Under the pieces are notes generated by a model. The model was not told the origin of the DNA. It saw nothing but the letters and a program-made list of their open reading frames with translations, and did not search any database. A DNA stretch of 32,000 bases from Pasteurella multocida (GTDB lineage Bacteria > Pseudomonadota > Gammaproteobacteria > Enterobacterales > Pasteurellaceae), in contig NZ_LT906458.1 of the NCBI RefSeq assembly GCF_900187275.1, positions 1,230,001-1,262,000 of the forward strand, given 5' to 3'. Shown here one piece after another: positions 1 through 9,374 of this stretch (position 1 is the first letter of the stretch; the number at the start of each line of letters is the position of its first letter). Position numbers and translations under genes: made by a program.

Positions 1-1175
1 GGTGTCTCGGCACGGAACACTGGACGCACTTCCTCTGAGGTCGCATTTGTTGACTTCCCTTTCGTTTGTTGTCCCTTCAAAATTTGCTCTAATGGCAACA
101 CCGTCAAATTGTTTCCACTATTGCCATCCAACATCACTTTTGGTGTATTCGCCATCACTTTTTCCATGGTTTGAATATACAAACGTTCACGTAATAACTC
201 CGGTGCCGCTTTAAACTCTGGCAGCAAACGTTCGAAACGTTCCACTTCCCCTTTGGCATCTAACACCACACGATCTTTATAGGCAGTCGCTTCTTCTAGA
301 ATACGCTGTGCATCACCTCGCGCAATTGGCTCACGCTCACGTGCATAGGCTTCCGCCTCACGAATATAACGCTGTTCATCTTCTTGCGCTTTAATCGCAT
401 CATCGAACGCATCTTTCACTTCTTCTGGTGGGCGCGCAGATTGGAAGTTCACGTCCACCACTTCGAGTCCCATATTATAAGGCTCAATAATTGTGTTTAA
501 AGTTTTCCACGTGTTTTCACGCACCACTGAACGCCCCGTGGTTAAAATATCATCCATTGACATATGACCAATCACATAACGTAATGCACTGTCTGTGGCT
601 TGATTTAAACTATCATCCGCATTAGTCACACTGAATAAATACTTGGCTGGATCATGAACACGATACTGCACCGTCATTTCTACCTTCACCATGTTTTCAT
701 CTTGCGTTAACATTGAACCCTGTGTTCTTAACTCTTTCACTTGCTCAACGTTCACCGGAATCACGCGGTCAATAAAAGTCGGTTTCCAGTTTAAACCCGG
801 TTGAACAATAGCGTGTAATTCACCAAAACGCATCACCACGCCACGTTCTGCTTCTTTGACAGTATAAAAACCGCTAACGCCCCAGACAATTGCACCAATC
901 ACCGCTGCAATTGGCAATAATTTACCAAGATTTAACGATCCACCAGAATGCGAGTTATTGCGTTTACCGCCATTCCCTGAACCGCCTAATTTTTTCAGCA
1001 GATTATTAAAAATCTCTTCAATATCAGGTGGTGATTGCTCTTGATTGTTTTGCTTACGACCTGACTGGTTATCATTCCAATTCGGCTGACCGCCTTCATT
1101 ATCAGGACGCTGACTCTCAGGTTTTTTCTGTCCGGGTTTGCCCCAAGGATCTTGATCTGAACCGTTCAATGACAT
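1..1175 (-). CDS. hflK: HflK (FtsH modulator, SPFH/band-7 family); 3' end runs off the left edge
   Basis: Absent from the supplied ORF track because it has no stop codon inside the window. Manual minus-strand translation from the ATG at 1175..1173 stays open to position 1. It gives MSLNGSDQDPWGKPGQKKPES...LLPIAAVIGAIVWGVSGFYTVKEAERGVVMRFGE...QEDEQRYIREAEAYAREREPIARGDAQRILEEA. The TM segment plus SPFH core match my recollection of HflK. Confidence 0.85.
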   Translation of the reverse strand, partial: MSLNGSDQDPWGKPGQKKPESQRPDNEGGQPNWNDNQSGRKQNNQEQSPPDIEEIFNNLLKKLGGSGNGGKRNNSHSGGSLNLGKLLPIAAVIGAIVWGVSGFYTVKEAERGVVMRFGELHAIVQPGLNWKPTFIDRVIPVNVEQVKELRTQGSMLTQDENMVKVEMTVQYRVHDPAKYLFSVTNADDSLNQATDSALRYVIGHMSMDDILTTGRSVVRENTWKTLNTIIEPYNMGLEVVDVNFQSARPPEEVKDAFDDAIKAQEDEQRYIREAEAYAREREPIARGDAQRILEEATAYKDRVVLDAKGEVERFERLLPEFKAAPELLRERLYIQTMEKVMANTPKVMLDGNSGNNLTVLPLEQILKGQQTKGKSTNATSEEVRPVFRAET

Positions 1176-1371
1176 TACGTTCTCCATTTGTCAAAAAATT
1201 GTTACTTGTTTAAACAAATTCCCACAGTCTAAACAAAATGTTGGATTAAGTCTAACGAAACTCGTTACTAAATGGGGATATTTTTTATGATTTAAAGTGC
1301 CGCCAATAAAAACGCACAATGGTCTCATTTTTACGGCTTACTACCTGACTTTTGTCCTATCGCTTTGTCGG

Positions 1372-2094
1372 TCATGTTTTTTCATTCACCTTATAATAAA
1401 TGGCGTCGTGTAAGGTGGTTTCCGCTAATATTCCCCTCTGCCAAGTAAAATAGTGCACATCTAAGCACTGTGTTTGGTTAATAAAAAAAGCCAAGTAAAA
1501 CGGCAAGCGGTGACTAAAGAGGAGTTGACCCGCAGGACAGTGTTGTGACTGAATTTGGCGTAACAAGGGATCATGTTGGACAGACGATAACTTTACAATC
1601 CCGACCCCTTGTGATTTCAGCACAGCTTCACGTAAGCACCAAGACAAATAAAAACTCTTTTCTTTCTCTTGCTGTTGAGCAAACCACGCTTGCTCTGAAG
1701 GTGAGGCAAAATAAGCCAACAACGCTGGATAATCGCGTTCTTTCTGCGGTGATTCAATATCAATCCCGACAATACTGTTTCCTTGCGTATTGACACGCAA
1801 AATGACGGCAACCCAATCGCCCGAATGGCTAATATTAAAATCGACATCGTGCACAGGTAACTGAGGGCGACCACTCTGGCTATAATCAATGTGCTTTAAA
1901 AGTGCGGTCGGTTTTTGTGAAATTTTCAGTAATTGCCATAACAAAAAATGCGCCACCCAACGACAACGATGCCGTTTCTGCACACGTTGATTGCTAGATT
2001 GTGGTTGGCGCAATTTCTCAATCAGTAATTCACGGGGAATGCTATCGAGAGGATAAGTGTCATTGATATTGCCGTAAGCAATGAAGGTTGTCAT
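1372..2094 (-). CDS. 4'-phosphopantetheinyl transferase, Sfp/EntD superfamily
   Basis: 240-aa ORF with PPTase motifs: [18 protein letters not shown] (Mg-binding G-x-D-x-E) and [12 protein letters not shown] (W-x-x-K/R-E-A-x-x-K). Confidence 0.75.
   Translation of the reverse strand: MTTFIAYGNINDTYPLDSIPRELLIEKLRQPQSSNQRVQKRHRCRWVAHFLLWQLLKISQKPTALLKHIDYSQSGRPQLPVHDVDFNISHSGDWVAVILRVNTQGNSIVGIDIESPQKERDYPALLAYFASPSEQAWFAQQQEKEKSFYLSWCLREAVLKSQGVGIVKLSSVQHDPLLRQIQSQHCPAGQLLFSHRLPFYLAFFINQTQCLDVHYFTWQRGILAETTLHDAIYYKVNEKT
1900..1908 (+). repeat. DNA uptake signal sequence core (Hin-type)
   Basis: Exact AAGTGCGGT followed by a T-rich tract (cggtttttgtga). Confidence 0.8.
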
Positions 2095-2175
2095 GTCGAG
2101 CTTTCCCTTGTGCTACGAAGCCCACTCGTACTGGCGTGAAATAAATGATGCATCATCTGATGTTGGATATGCTAT

Positions 2176-2198
2176 GCCCTCTCTAAATCAGAGAGGGC
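2176..2198 (-). terminator. Hairpin 9 nt downstream of the thrC stop (possible operon terminator)
   Basis: gccctctct / aaatc / agagagggc forms a perfect 9-bp stem. There is no clear U-tract on the minus strand, so confidence is low. Confidence 0.3.
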
Positions 2199-2206
2199 GA
2201 AGGACG

Positions 2207-3481
2207 TTAAGCTAACAAATACGCACGTAATTTCGCAAAATCATTTTCCATGATATCCGAAAGCAACGGTAAAGCCGCGTGTTTTGCTAATGCATCGGGT
2301 AAAGGTAATTCAAGCGCTAAAATACGTTCAACACTTTCTTTAAATTTCGCAGGATGTGCCGTACAGAGGAATAAGCCGGTTTCACCTGGCTGTAAATCTT
2401 GTTTTAACACACGATAAGCCACCGCACCATGTGGTTCACACAAGTACCCTTTGGCATACATGGCTTTTAAGGTTTGTTCCGTTTCATTGTCATTTACGGC
2501 ATCAGAATGCAAATCTGATAGCGCCCAACCATTGCGTTTAAATAACTCTTCAACCCGTGGCCAGTTATTTGGACGACTCACATCCATTGCATTGGATAAC
2601 GTCGCCACCGTGTCATGCGGTTGCCAATTACCACTGCGTAAATAACGCGGTACGGTATCATTCACATTGGTTGACGCCACAAAACGTTTAATTGGCAAGC
2701 CTAAAGACTTGGCGATTAAGCCTGCGGTCAGGTTACCAAAGTTACCACTTGGTACCGATACCACAAGATTATCGCGTGCCGCTTTTGGTAATTGCGCAAC
2801 CGCCTCAAAATAATAACAAACCTGCGCTAATAAACGGCTGATATTGATCGAATTTGCTGAGTTTAAGCCAATCGCTTGACGCAACTCTGCATCATCAAAC
2901 GCTTGTTTCACTAATGCCTGACAATCATCAAAATCCCCGTTGATTGCAATCGTACGAATATTGCCACCAAGCGTACAGAATAACTTTTCTTGTAGCGGGC
3001 TGATTTTGCCTTGTGGATATAAAATCACCACATCAATGTTTTCTAAACCATAAAAAGCGTGAGCAACCGCCGCTCCAGTATCCCCTGACGTTGCCGTTAA
3101 AATCGTAATTTTACCCTCACCACGTACTGTGGCTAAGGCTTGTGCCATGAAGCGACCACCAAAATCTTTGAAGGCTAAGGTTGGACCATGAAATAATTCG
3201 AGTGCATAAACACCTTCTTCCACTTTTGCTACAGGTGCTGGGAAAGTAAAGGCATTTTCTACCATTTTTGCTAACTGGGTTGGCGAAATTTCCTCACCAA
3301 TTAACGCAGATAAAATCTTCTGGCTACGCTCCACCAATGGTAACGCTAACAGCGCATCTATATCCTCAAAGTGCGGTAGGGTTTCTGGAAAAAACAACCC
3401 TTGGTTTTTGCCTAATCCTTGACGTACCGCTTGTGCAAAATTGACTTGTTCTTCTGGATGTTTAATGTTGTATAAATTCAT
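2207..3481 (-). CDS. thrC: Threonine synthase
   Basis: 424 aa. It has the PLP-lysine context LAFKDFGGRF and TSGDTGAA, resembles ThrC along its full length, and is the last gene of the thrABC order. Confidence 0.95.
   Translation of the reverse strand: MNLYNIKHPEEQVNFAQAVRQGLGKNQGLFFPETLPHFEDIDALLALPLVERSQKILSALIGEEISPTQLAKMVENAFTFPAPVAKVEEGVYALELFHGPTLAFKDFGGRFMAQALATVRGEGKITILTATSGDTGAAVAHAFYGLENIDVVILYPQGKISPLQEKLFCTLGGNIRTIAINGDFDDCQALVKQAFDDAELRQAIGLNSANSINISRLLAQVCYYFEAVAQLPKAARDNLVVSVPSGNFGNLTAGLIAKSLGLPIKRFVASTNVNDTVPRYLRSGNWQPHDTVATLSNAMDVSRPNNWPRVEELFKRNGWALSDLHSDAVNDNETEQTLKAMYAKGYLCEPHGAVAYRVLKQDLQPGETGLFLCTAHPAKFKESVERILALELPLPDALAKHAALPLLSDIMENDFAKLRAYLLA
3369..3377 (+). repeat. 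DNA uptake signal sequence core (Hin-type)
   Basis: Exact AAGTGCGGT. Confidence 0.8.
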
Positions 3482-3500
3482 ATGCTTTTCCGTTATTCAT

Positions 3501-4445
3501 TTAATCGAGCGCTCTCGCACCTTGGTTATCAACTTTACAAATATGCACAAACCCTTCATTGTTTTGTAAATAATGGTTTTCTAAATAAGTGGATAACTTC
3601 ATCGCTGTGCCTAAATCAGGCGCAATCGCGAATATTGTTGGTCCTGAACCCGAGATCCCCGTTGCCAGTGCCCCTAAATCTCGTGTGGCTTGTTTCACGT
3701 CGGCAAAATTAGGTAACAAGGCTTCACGATAAGGTTCCGCAATCACGTCCTTCATCATTAACGCAGCAAGCTGCGCTTGTCGAGTATGACACGCATGTAC
3801 AAAACTGCCTAAATGACGCGCTTGTGAAATCACATCTTGACGCGTATAGCTTTTCGGTAAAATCGCACGGGCTTCTGCCGTGGAGACTTCTATACCGGGA
3901 TAAGCCAACACCCAATACCACTCATCAAAAAAAGGCAATTGTTGGCAAATATTACCTAAAGATTGCACCATCAATTGTACCCCACCTAAATAACAAGGTG
4001 CGACATTATCATAATGGATTGAGCCCGAAATGCGTCCTTCTAGTTCGCCCATCATTTCTAACAGTTCCATTTTAGAAAAAGGTTCAGCATGAAACTTATT
4101 GAGTGCAACCAACGCCGCCACGATAGAACACGCACTCGACCCCAAGCCAGAACCAATTGGCATATTTTTTTCTAACGTTAATCGCAATGGGCGTACAGCT
4201 ATGTTACGCAATTTTAAGCGTTCACTAAATAACACATAAGCTTGATAGACAATATTTTTCTGCGCTTCTTTTGGCAATTTACGCACAAAATATCCCGCAC
4301 TTTCTAGTTCAAATCCGCTAGGCAGTGCCTCAATTTGCACCACATCTCCCAGCAAAGAACCATCAATCGGGGACACCGCGGTCCCCAAGGTATCAAACCC
4401 AACACTTAAATTTGCACTGGATGCTGGTGCATAAATTCTGAGCAT
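3501..4445 (-). CDS. thrB: Homoserine kinase
   Basis: GHMP-kinase motif [10 protein letters not shown]. The N-terminus [18 protein letters not shown] matches ThrB homologues. The ORF track begins 4 codons earlier (4457, MENNM...); I prefer the ATG at 4445 by homology. Confidence 0.92.
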
Positions 4446-4468
4446 ATTATTTTCCATGTCATTTCCAA

Positions 4469-6916
4469 TTAATGTTGTAGCGTTCTCAATATATCGGCAA
4501 AAATCCCCGCTGCAGTTACGGAATTTCCCGCGCCATAACCACGTAAAAGTAACGGAATCGGTTGATAATAACGAGTATAGAAGGCTAAAGCATTTTCACC
4601 ATTTTTTACTTTATATAATGGATCATCTGCATCGACTTCCAACACAGAGACTTTACAACTGTTGTTTTCAATTTGTCCCACATAACGCAATACTTTCCCT
4701 TCTGCTTTCGCGTTAGCAACACGTTGGCTAAATTCTGCGTCTAATTGTGGCAACATCGCCATAAATTCCTGTGTAGTCTTCCCTTCAGCAAATCCCGCTG
4801 GGAGCACACTTTCTACCTCAATATCTGTTAATTCCAATTGTGCACCTGTTTCACGCGCTAAAATCAACAGTTTCCTGGCAACATCTTGTCCAGAAAGATC
4901 ATCTCTTGGATCAGGTTCAGTAAACCCTTTTTCACGCGCAAGAGCAGTCGCTTCAGATAACGTGAGTCCGTTTTCTAACTCGCCAAAGATAAAGGACAAC
5001 GACCCCGAGAGTACGCCACTAAACTTGACGACTTCATCACCCGCAGCCAATAAATTCTGCAAGTTTTCAATGACGGGTAACCCTGCGCCAACGTTTGTAT
5101 CATACAAGAATTTACGTTGGTTATTACGGGCACTTTCACGCAGTGCATTATAATACGCAAGTTCACGCGTATTGGCTTTTTTATTTGGTGTCACAACATG
5201 GAATCCTTCTCCCAGTGCACGCACATATAAACCAGCTACAGAATCCGCTGACGTACAATCCACAAATACCGGATTCACGACATGGTGCAATTTAATAAAG
5301 GACAGTAACACATCAAAATCAGAAGGCTGAGTCGCGGTTTCCAAATCTGCTTGCCAATTTTCTAAATTTAAGCCATCTGCTTTTAATAACATTTTGTTTG
5401 AATTGGCAATCGCACACACCCGAATTTCAATATCTTTCTTGGCTAGATAACTTTTCTGATGTTTAATTTGCTCAATCAACTCACCACCGACACCCCCTAC
5501 CCCAACTAAAAAAACATCAACGACCTTTTTATTATTAAAGAGAGCTTGGTGTGTGGCTTTCACGGCTTCAATTGCTTTATTCAGTGCAACCACGGCAGAA
5601 ATTGAACGCTCAGAGGAACCCTGTGCAATAGCAACAATACTGATGTTCGCTTGGGCAAGTGCAGAGAAGAAACGTGCGGCAATCCCTTTGGCTTGCTTCA
5701 TGCCATCACCCACCACCGAAATAATGGATAAGTCACGAATCACATCAATTGGCTCAAGATCATTGGCTTTTAGTTCTTGCTCAAATTCTTTCTCTAACGC
5801 CTGTTTTGCCACCTCAACTGATTTGGCTGGTACACAGAAACTTATACTGTATTCTGAGGAAGATTGCGTAATTAAAATCACTGAAACGCCTGCATTTGAC
5901 ATGGCAGAGAAAACACGTGACGCCATACCTACCATACCTTGCATCCCAGGACCAGACACGTTAAACATCGCCACATTATCTAGATTAGTAATCCCTTTTA
6001 CTTGCAACTGTTCAGATTGAATGTTGCCATCAATAATCGAACCCGGTGCAGAAGGATTGCCCGTATTTTTAATTAAGCAAGGAATGTTAGTTTGCACTAA
6101 TGGTCCAATCGTGCGTGGATGAATCACTTTTGCACCGAAATAAGACAATTCCATCGCTTCGCGATAAGACAAGCTTGGCAATAAGCGAGCATCTGGTACC
6201 AAACGCGGATCACAGGTAAAGACCCCATCTACATCGGTCCAAATTTCACAAGCACTTGCGCCCAAACAAGCGGCTAAACAAGCAGCAGAATAATCGGAAC
6301 CATTACGCCCGAGTAAAACGAGCTCACCTTTTTCATTGCCTGCGGTAAAGCCTGCCATTAACACCACATTTTTGGTTGGAATTGACTTGGCATCAACGCG
6401 TTTTGTCGATTCTTCAATATCCACTGAAGACTCTAAATAGCTCCCGTGTGCTAATAATTTTTCGACAGGATCAATCACAGTCACGTCATAACCGCGAGCT
6501 TCAAACCATGCCTTCATCATCGCAATAGACAGTTTTTCACCACGACAATCAATCGTGGCTTTAACCGCATCCGACACAAAACCTTGTTGACGAATTTCTT
6601 CCAACAACTGGCTGATTTGTGCAAACTCGGTATCAATTAAAGCTTTTGTCCCTTCTAGATCAAAACGATTATTTTCTGCGTGTAAACCATGAATAATGTG
6701 ATAAAAAATCTCAATGGCTTCATTGAAATTGGCATCGGTAGGTTGATTTAAACTGGCTTTTTCAGAAAGGGCGACAAGATGGTTGGTAATTTTTGCAGGG
6801 GCTGATAACACGCCAGCGGCTTGTTCTTCAAAATGGGCTTTTTCGATAAGCTGTGCCGCCTGCGAAAAACGCGCTGGATTGGCTAAAGACGTCCCCCCGA
6901 ATTTTAATACACGCAT
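4469..6916 (-). CDS. thrA: Bifunctional aspartokinase I / homoserine dehydrogenase I
   Basis: 815 aa. It has the aspartokinase N-terminus [13 protein letters not shown], a central regulatory region, and a Rossmann motif VGVGGVGG starting the homoserine dehydrogenase half. Confidence 0.95.
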
Positions 6917-6967
6917 AATAAAATCTCCTCGATGTTGTGAATTTTAAAAATAGAATAAAAATTTTCA

Positions 6968-7004
6968 TAAAAAAACCCGCACTTTTTATTCAGTACGGGT
7001 TTTG
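6968..7004 (-). terminator. thr operon attenuator terminator (regions 3:4)
   Basis: Minus strand reads AAAACCCGTAC-TGAATAAAAA-GTGCGGGTTTTTTT: a stem with one G-U pair followed by a U-run, 50 nt upstream of the thrA ATG. The 9-mer aacccgcac occurs twice (6974..6982 and 7032..7040). Both copies are complementary to 6993..7001, which gives mutually exclusive antiterminator and terminator pairings. Confidence 0.7.
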
Positions 7005-7022
7005 TGGAATTCGATCTTTTTG

Positions 7023-7097
7023 TTACGCACTAACCCGCACACTATTGGTAATAATAGTGGTGGTCATAATCATAGTAATCACAGTGCGTTTATTCAT
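7023..7097 (-). CDS. thrL: thr operon leader peptide
   Basis: Manual translation gives MNKRTVITMIMTTTIITNSVRVSA* (24 aa, 6 Thr + 4 Ile). It lies directly upstream of the attenuator hairpin and thrA. It is too short for the ORF track. Confidence 0.75.
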   Translation of the reverse strand: MNKRTVITMIMTTTIITNSVRVSA

Positions 7098-7129
7098 CTT
7101 TTCAATCAAAATTAAAAAACAGTGTGTAA

Positions 7130-7158
7130 GAAATACCGAAATTTATTTAGGTTGTCAA
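7130..7158 (-). promoter_or_regulatory. Candidate sigma70 promoter for thrL-thrABC
   Basis: Minus strand reads TTGACA (7158..7153), N17, TATTTC (7135..7130), about 30 nt upstream of the thrL ATG. The -10 element is weak. Confidence 0.35.
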
Positions 7159-7271
7159 ACAGAAAATGAAAAAACGGGATAAATTTTTAAAAAGCACTAA
7201 CATCTTGTAATATATCGCCACAAAATTTTATTTTGCCTCAATTTTCCCTATTAAGATGCAGGATGCGCCCG

Positions 7272-7973
7272 ATGACAATCGAACAAAATTTAGCACAAAT
7301 TCAACAAAATATTCAGCACGCGGTCCAACAAGCCAAGCGCCCAGAAAGTGCGGTCAAATTACTCGCTGTTTTAAAAACCAAACCCGTTGAAGATATCTAT
7401 CAAGCCTATCAAGCCGGACAAACCGCGTTTGGCGAAAACTATGTACAAGAAGGCGTGGAAAAAATCCAGTATTTTGCCCAAAAAAATATCCCTCTTGAAT
7501 GGCATTTCATCGGTCCGCTTCAATCAAATAAAACCAAATTAGTGGCAGAACATTTTGACTGGATGCAAACGCTCGACCGCAAAAAAATCGCCGACCGCCT
7601 CAACGAGCAGCGCCCACATTATAAAAAACCACTGAATGTATTAATCCAAATTAACATCAGCGATGAAGACAGCAAATCTGGCATTCAACCCAACGAAATG
7701 CTTGATCTAGCAAAACAGATCCAAAACCTACCGCACTTATGCCTCCGCGGCTTAATGGCTATCCCCGCCCCCACCGACGATCTTGCCACACAAGAACAAG
7801 CATTCACCCAAATGCACAGCTTATTTGAACAACTCAAACAAGCTTTACCCAATGCAAAAATTGATACGCTTTCAATGGGGATGACTGATGATATGGCGAG
7901 CGCCATTCAATGTGGTTCAACAATGGTAAGAATTGGGACAGCAATTTTTGGGGCAAGGGATTATTCGAAATAA
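7272..7973 (+). CDS. yggS: PLP-homeostasis protein, YggS/PROSC family
   Basis: MTIEQNLAQIQQNI...LLAVLKTKP (PLP-lysine context)...FGENYVQE...HFIGPLQSNK match YggS. The track start at 7233 is a TTG that adds 13 residues not supported by homology. Confidence 0.9.
   Translation: MTIEQNLAQIQQNIQHAVQQAKRPESAVKLLAVLKTKPVEDIYQAYQAGQTAFGENYVQEGVEKIQYFAQKNIPLEWHFIGPLQSNKTKLVAEHFDWMQTLDRKKIADRLNEQRPHYKKPLNVLIQINISDEDSKSGIQPNEMLDLAKQIQNLPHLCLRGLMAIPAPTDDLATQEQAFTQMHSLFEQLKQALPNAKIDTLSMGMTDDMASAIQCGSTMVRIGTAIFGARDYSK
7346..7354 (+). repeat. DNA uptake signal sequence core (Hin-type)
   Basis: Exact AAGTGCGGT. Confidence 0.8.
7730..7738 (-). repeat. DNA uptake signal sequence core (Hin-type)
   Basis: Exact ACCGCACTT (reverse complement of the core). 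This is the last USS before the island. Confidence 0.8.
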
Positions 7974-8014
7974 TCTCTTTTTCTTGATTTATAAATAAAG
8001 ATACTGTTCAAAAT

Positions 8015-8043
8015 TTGACAAATTAATAATGGCTTTTTATTAT
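8015..8043 (+). promoter_or_regulatory. Candidate sigma70 promoter for the first island operon
   Basis: TTGACA (8015..8020), N17, TATTAT (8038..8043), about 220 nt upstream of the 8265 ATG. Such matches arise easily by chance in AT-rich DNA. Confidence 0.3.
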
Positions 8044-8264
8044 TGATTGTATTAAAAATATACAAAAAAACATTATTAATAGAAATACAATCTCTGATAA
8101 CTATACTGATATAACCTAAATTATTCTTACCGTCAGATAGAGGAAAACTGTCTACATAACTCATAAAAGAAGAATCTCTATCAGGACTCATAAAATAACA
8201 TTGTTACTCTATGATATTTAATAATATTAAGGTGTATATCTACCAAATTTAAGATTCTCTAAAA

Positions 8265-9374
8265 ATGGTATTTATTATGTGTGGAAAAACAAAAAACTCA
8301 GCCTTGATTACAGCTCTAGCCTTCCACTATCAAGTATTGGTTGGCTTAGATAAATGTTTTAAATTAAAAGAAGGAGAGAGTATCTTTTTTGAAAAAGATG
8401 GCGATGTAAGTTTAGTTGGACAAAATGATTCATCATCACTACAAATGGAGATAAAAAATTACTCAGATAGTTTAACTGATAATCATCTAAACTTCTGGAA
8501 AACATTAAAAAATTGGCTACAACCCGAGTTTAACCAAGCTAAATATGGCTACTTAATATTACACACAACACAACCTTTTGGTGTTTCATCTACCCTCAAA
8601 AATTGGAATACTATAGATATTGAAGAAAGACTCGAGCTGATCCGTAAAATCTGTTCTAAAAATGAATCGAGTACATCAGAAGTAGCAAATATACAAAAAG
8701 AAATTATTTCTTCTGACGAGCAATTACTAAGAAAAATACTCGGAAAAATTTATTTGTATACAATCGCAGATAATGGATATGAATTAATAGAAAAAATTAA
8801 ACGCGAATTAAAAGGAATACCTGACAATAATTTATCTTGTTATTTAAATGCGTTGGTTGGCTACCTATATGGAGAGTCAAAAAGTGCTTGTTGGGAAATA
8901 AAATACGAAAGATTCAAGGAGATTCTTATCCATCTTACATCTACCTATGCTCAAAAAACATTTACTTTCCCTAATTTTACTGGTCAATCTGCATCAGAAG
9001 ATGAAATTGATAAAAATAAAACTAAATTATTTGTAACAAAAATCCTAGATATCGACTATGAAGATGTATTGCCAGAAGCTATTGGTAATTGGTTAGAAGT
9101 TGTCAATTCATTAATGCTTGATTTAGATAACTCTCCTATATACCAAAATATGACTAATGATTATCAAAGACAATTAATATCTATGTTCAAAAGTCGATTC
9201 TCTACTGCGAGTCGTAATAAACACAACCCAAAAGATTTATACGATAAGGTAATAGGAACTCCCCCTTCTAGTATGAAAGATCAAGGTACCCCGCATCTAG
9301 CGTATAAAAATGGATTGCTACACCATGCAATGGATGATAGTTTACAAGGACTAAAATGGGATTGCTTAAAATGA
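8265..9374 (+). CDS. Effector of a Lamassu-type II / ABC-3C-like system: N-terminal Cap4/DUF4297-like PD-(D/E)xK nuclease, C-terminal part unassigned
   Basis: Residues 20-64 read FHYQVLVGL...IFFEKDGDVSL-x11-LQMEIKNY. This gives a YQ motif, then E43/D45/D47, then E62-x-K64 (nt 8391..8456), which is the pattern I associate with Cap4-nuclease/DUF4297 domains. It is the first gene of a three-gene operon with overlapping ORFs. Confidence 0.65.
   Translation: MVFIMCGKTKNSALITALAFHYQVLVGLDKCFKLKEGESIFFEKDGDVSLVGQNDSSSLQMEIKNYSDSLTDNHLNFWKTLKNWLQPEFNQAKYGYLILHTTQPFGVSSTLKNWNTIDIEERLELIRKICSKNESSTSEVANIQKEIISSDEQLLRKILGKIYLYTIADNGYELIEKIKRELKGIPDNNLSCYLNALVGYLYGESKSACWEIKYERFKEILIHLTSTYAQKTFTFPNFTGQSASEDEIDKNKTKLFVTKILDIDYEDVLPEAIGNWLEVVNSLMLDLDNSPIYQNMTNDYQRQLISMFKSRFSTASRNKHNPKDLYDKVIGTPPSSMKDQGTPHLAYKNGLLHHAMDDSLQGLKWDCLK

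Noticed and set aside
2-1213. Plus-strand ORFs at 2..214 and 1028..1213.
   Set aside because: Both are antisense to a continuous, clearly HflK-like minus-strand reading frame. Their sequences are low-complexity with no motifs.
5553-6020. 155-aa plus-strand ORF inside thrA.
   Set aside because: It is antisense to a well-supported aspartokinase reading frame and has no independent signals.
6937-7182. 81-aa plus-strand ORF with a striking VIIVVVIIIVITV run.
   Set aside because: It is the mirror image of the Thr/Ile codon run of the minus-strand thr leader peptide and also spans the attenuator hairpin. It is an artefact.
7961-8191. 76-aa minus-strand ORF in the island leader.
   Set aside because: Its sequence is AT-rich and low-complexity (N/I/F/K-rich), it has no SD, and it overlaps the yggS stop. 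It is more likely non-coding leader DNA.
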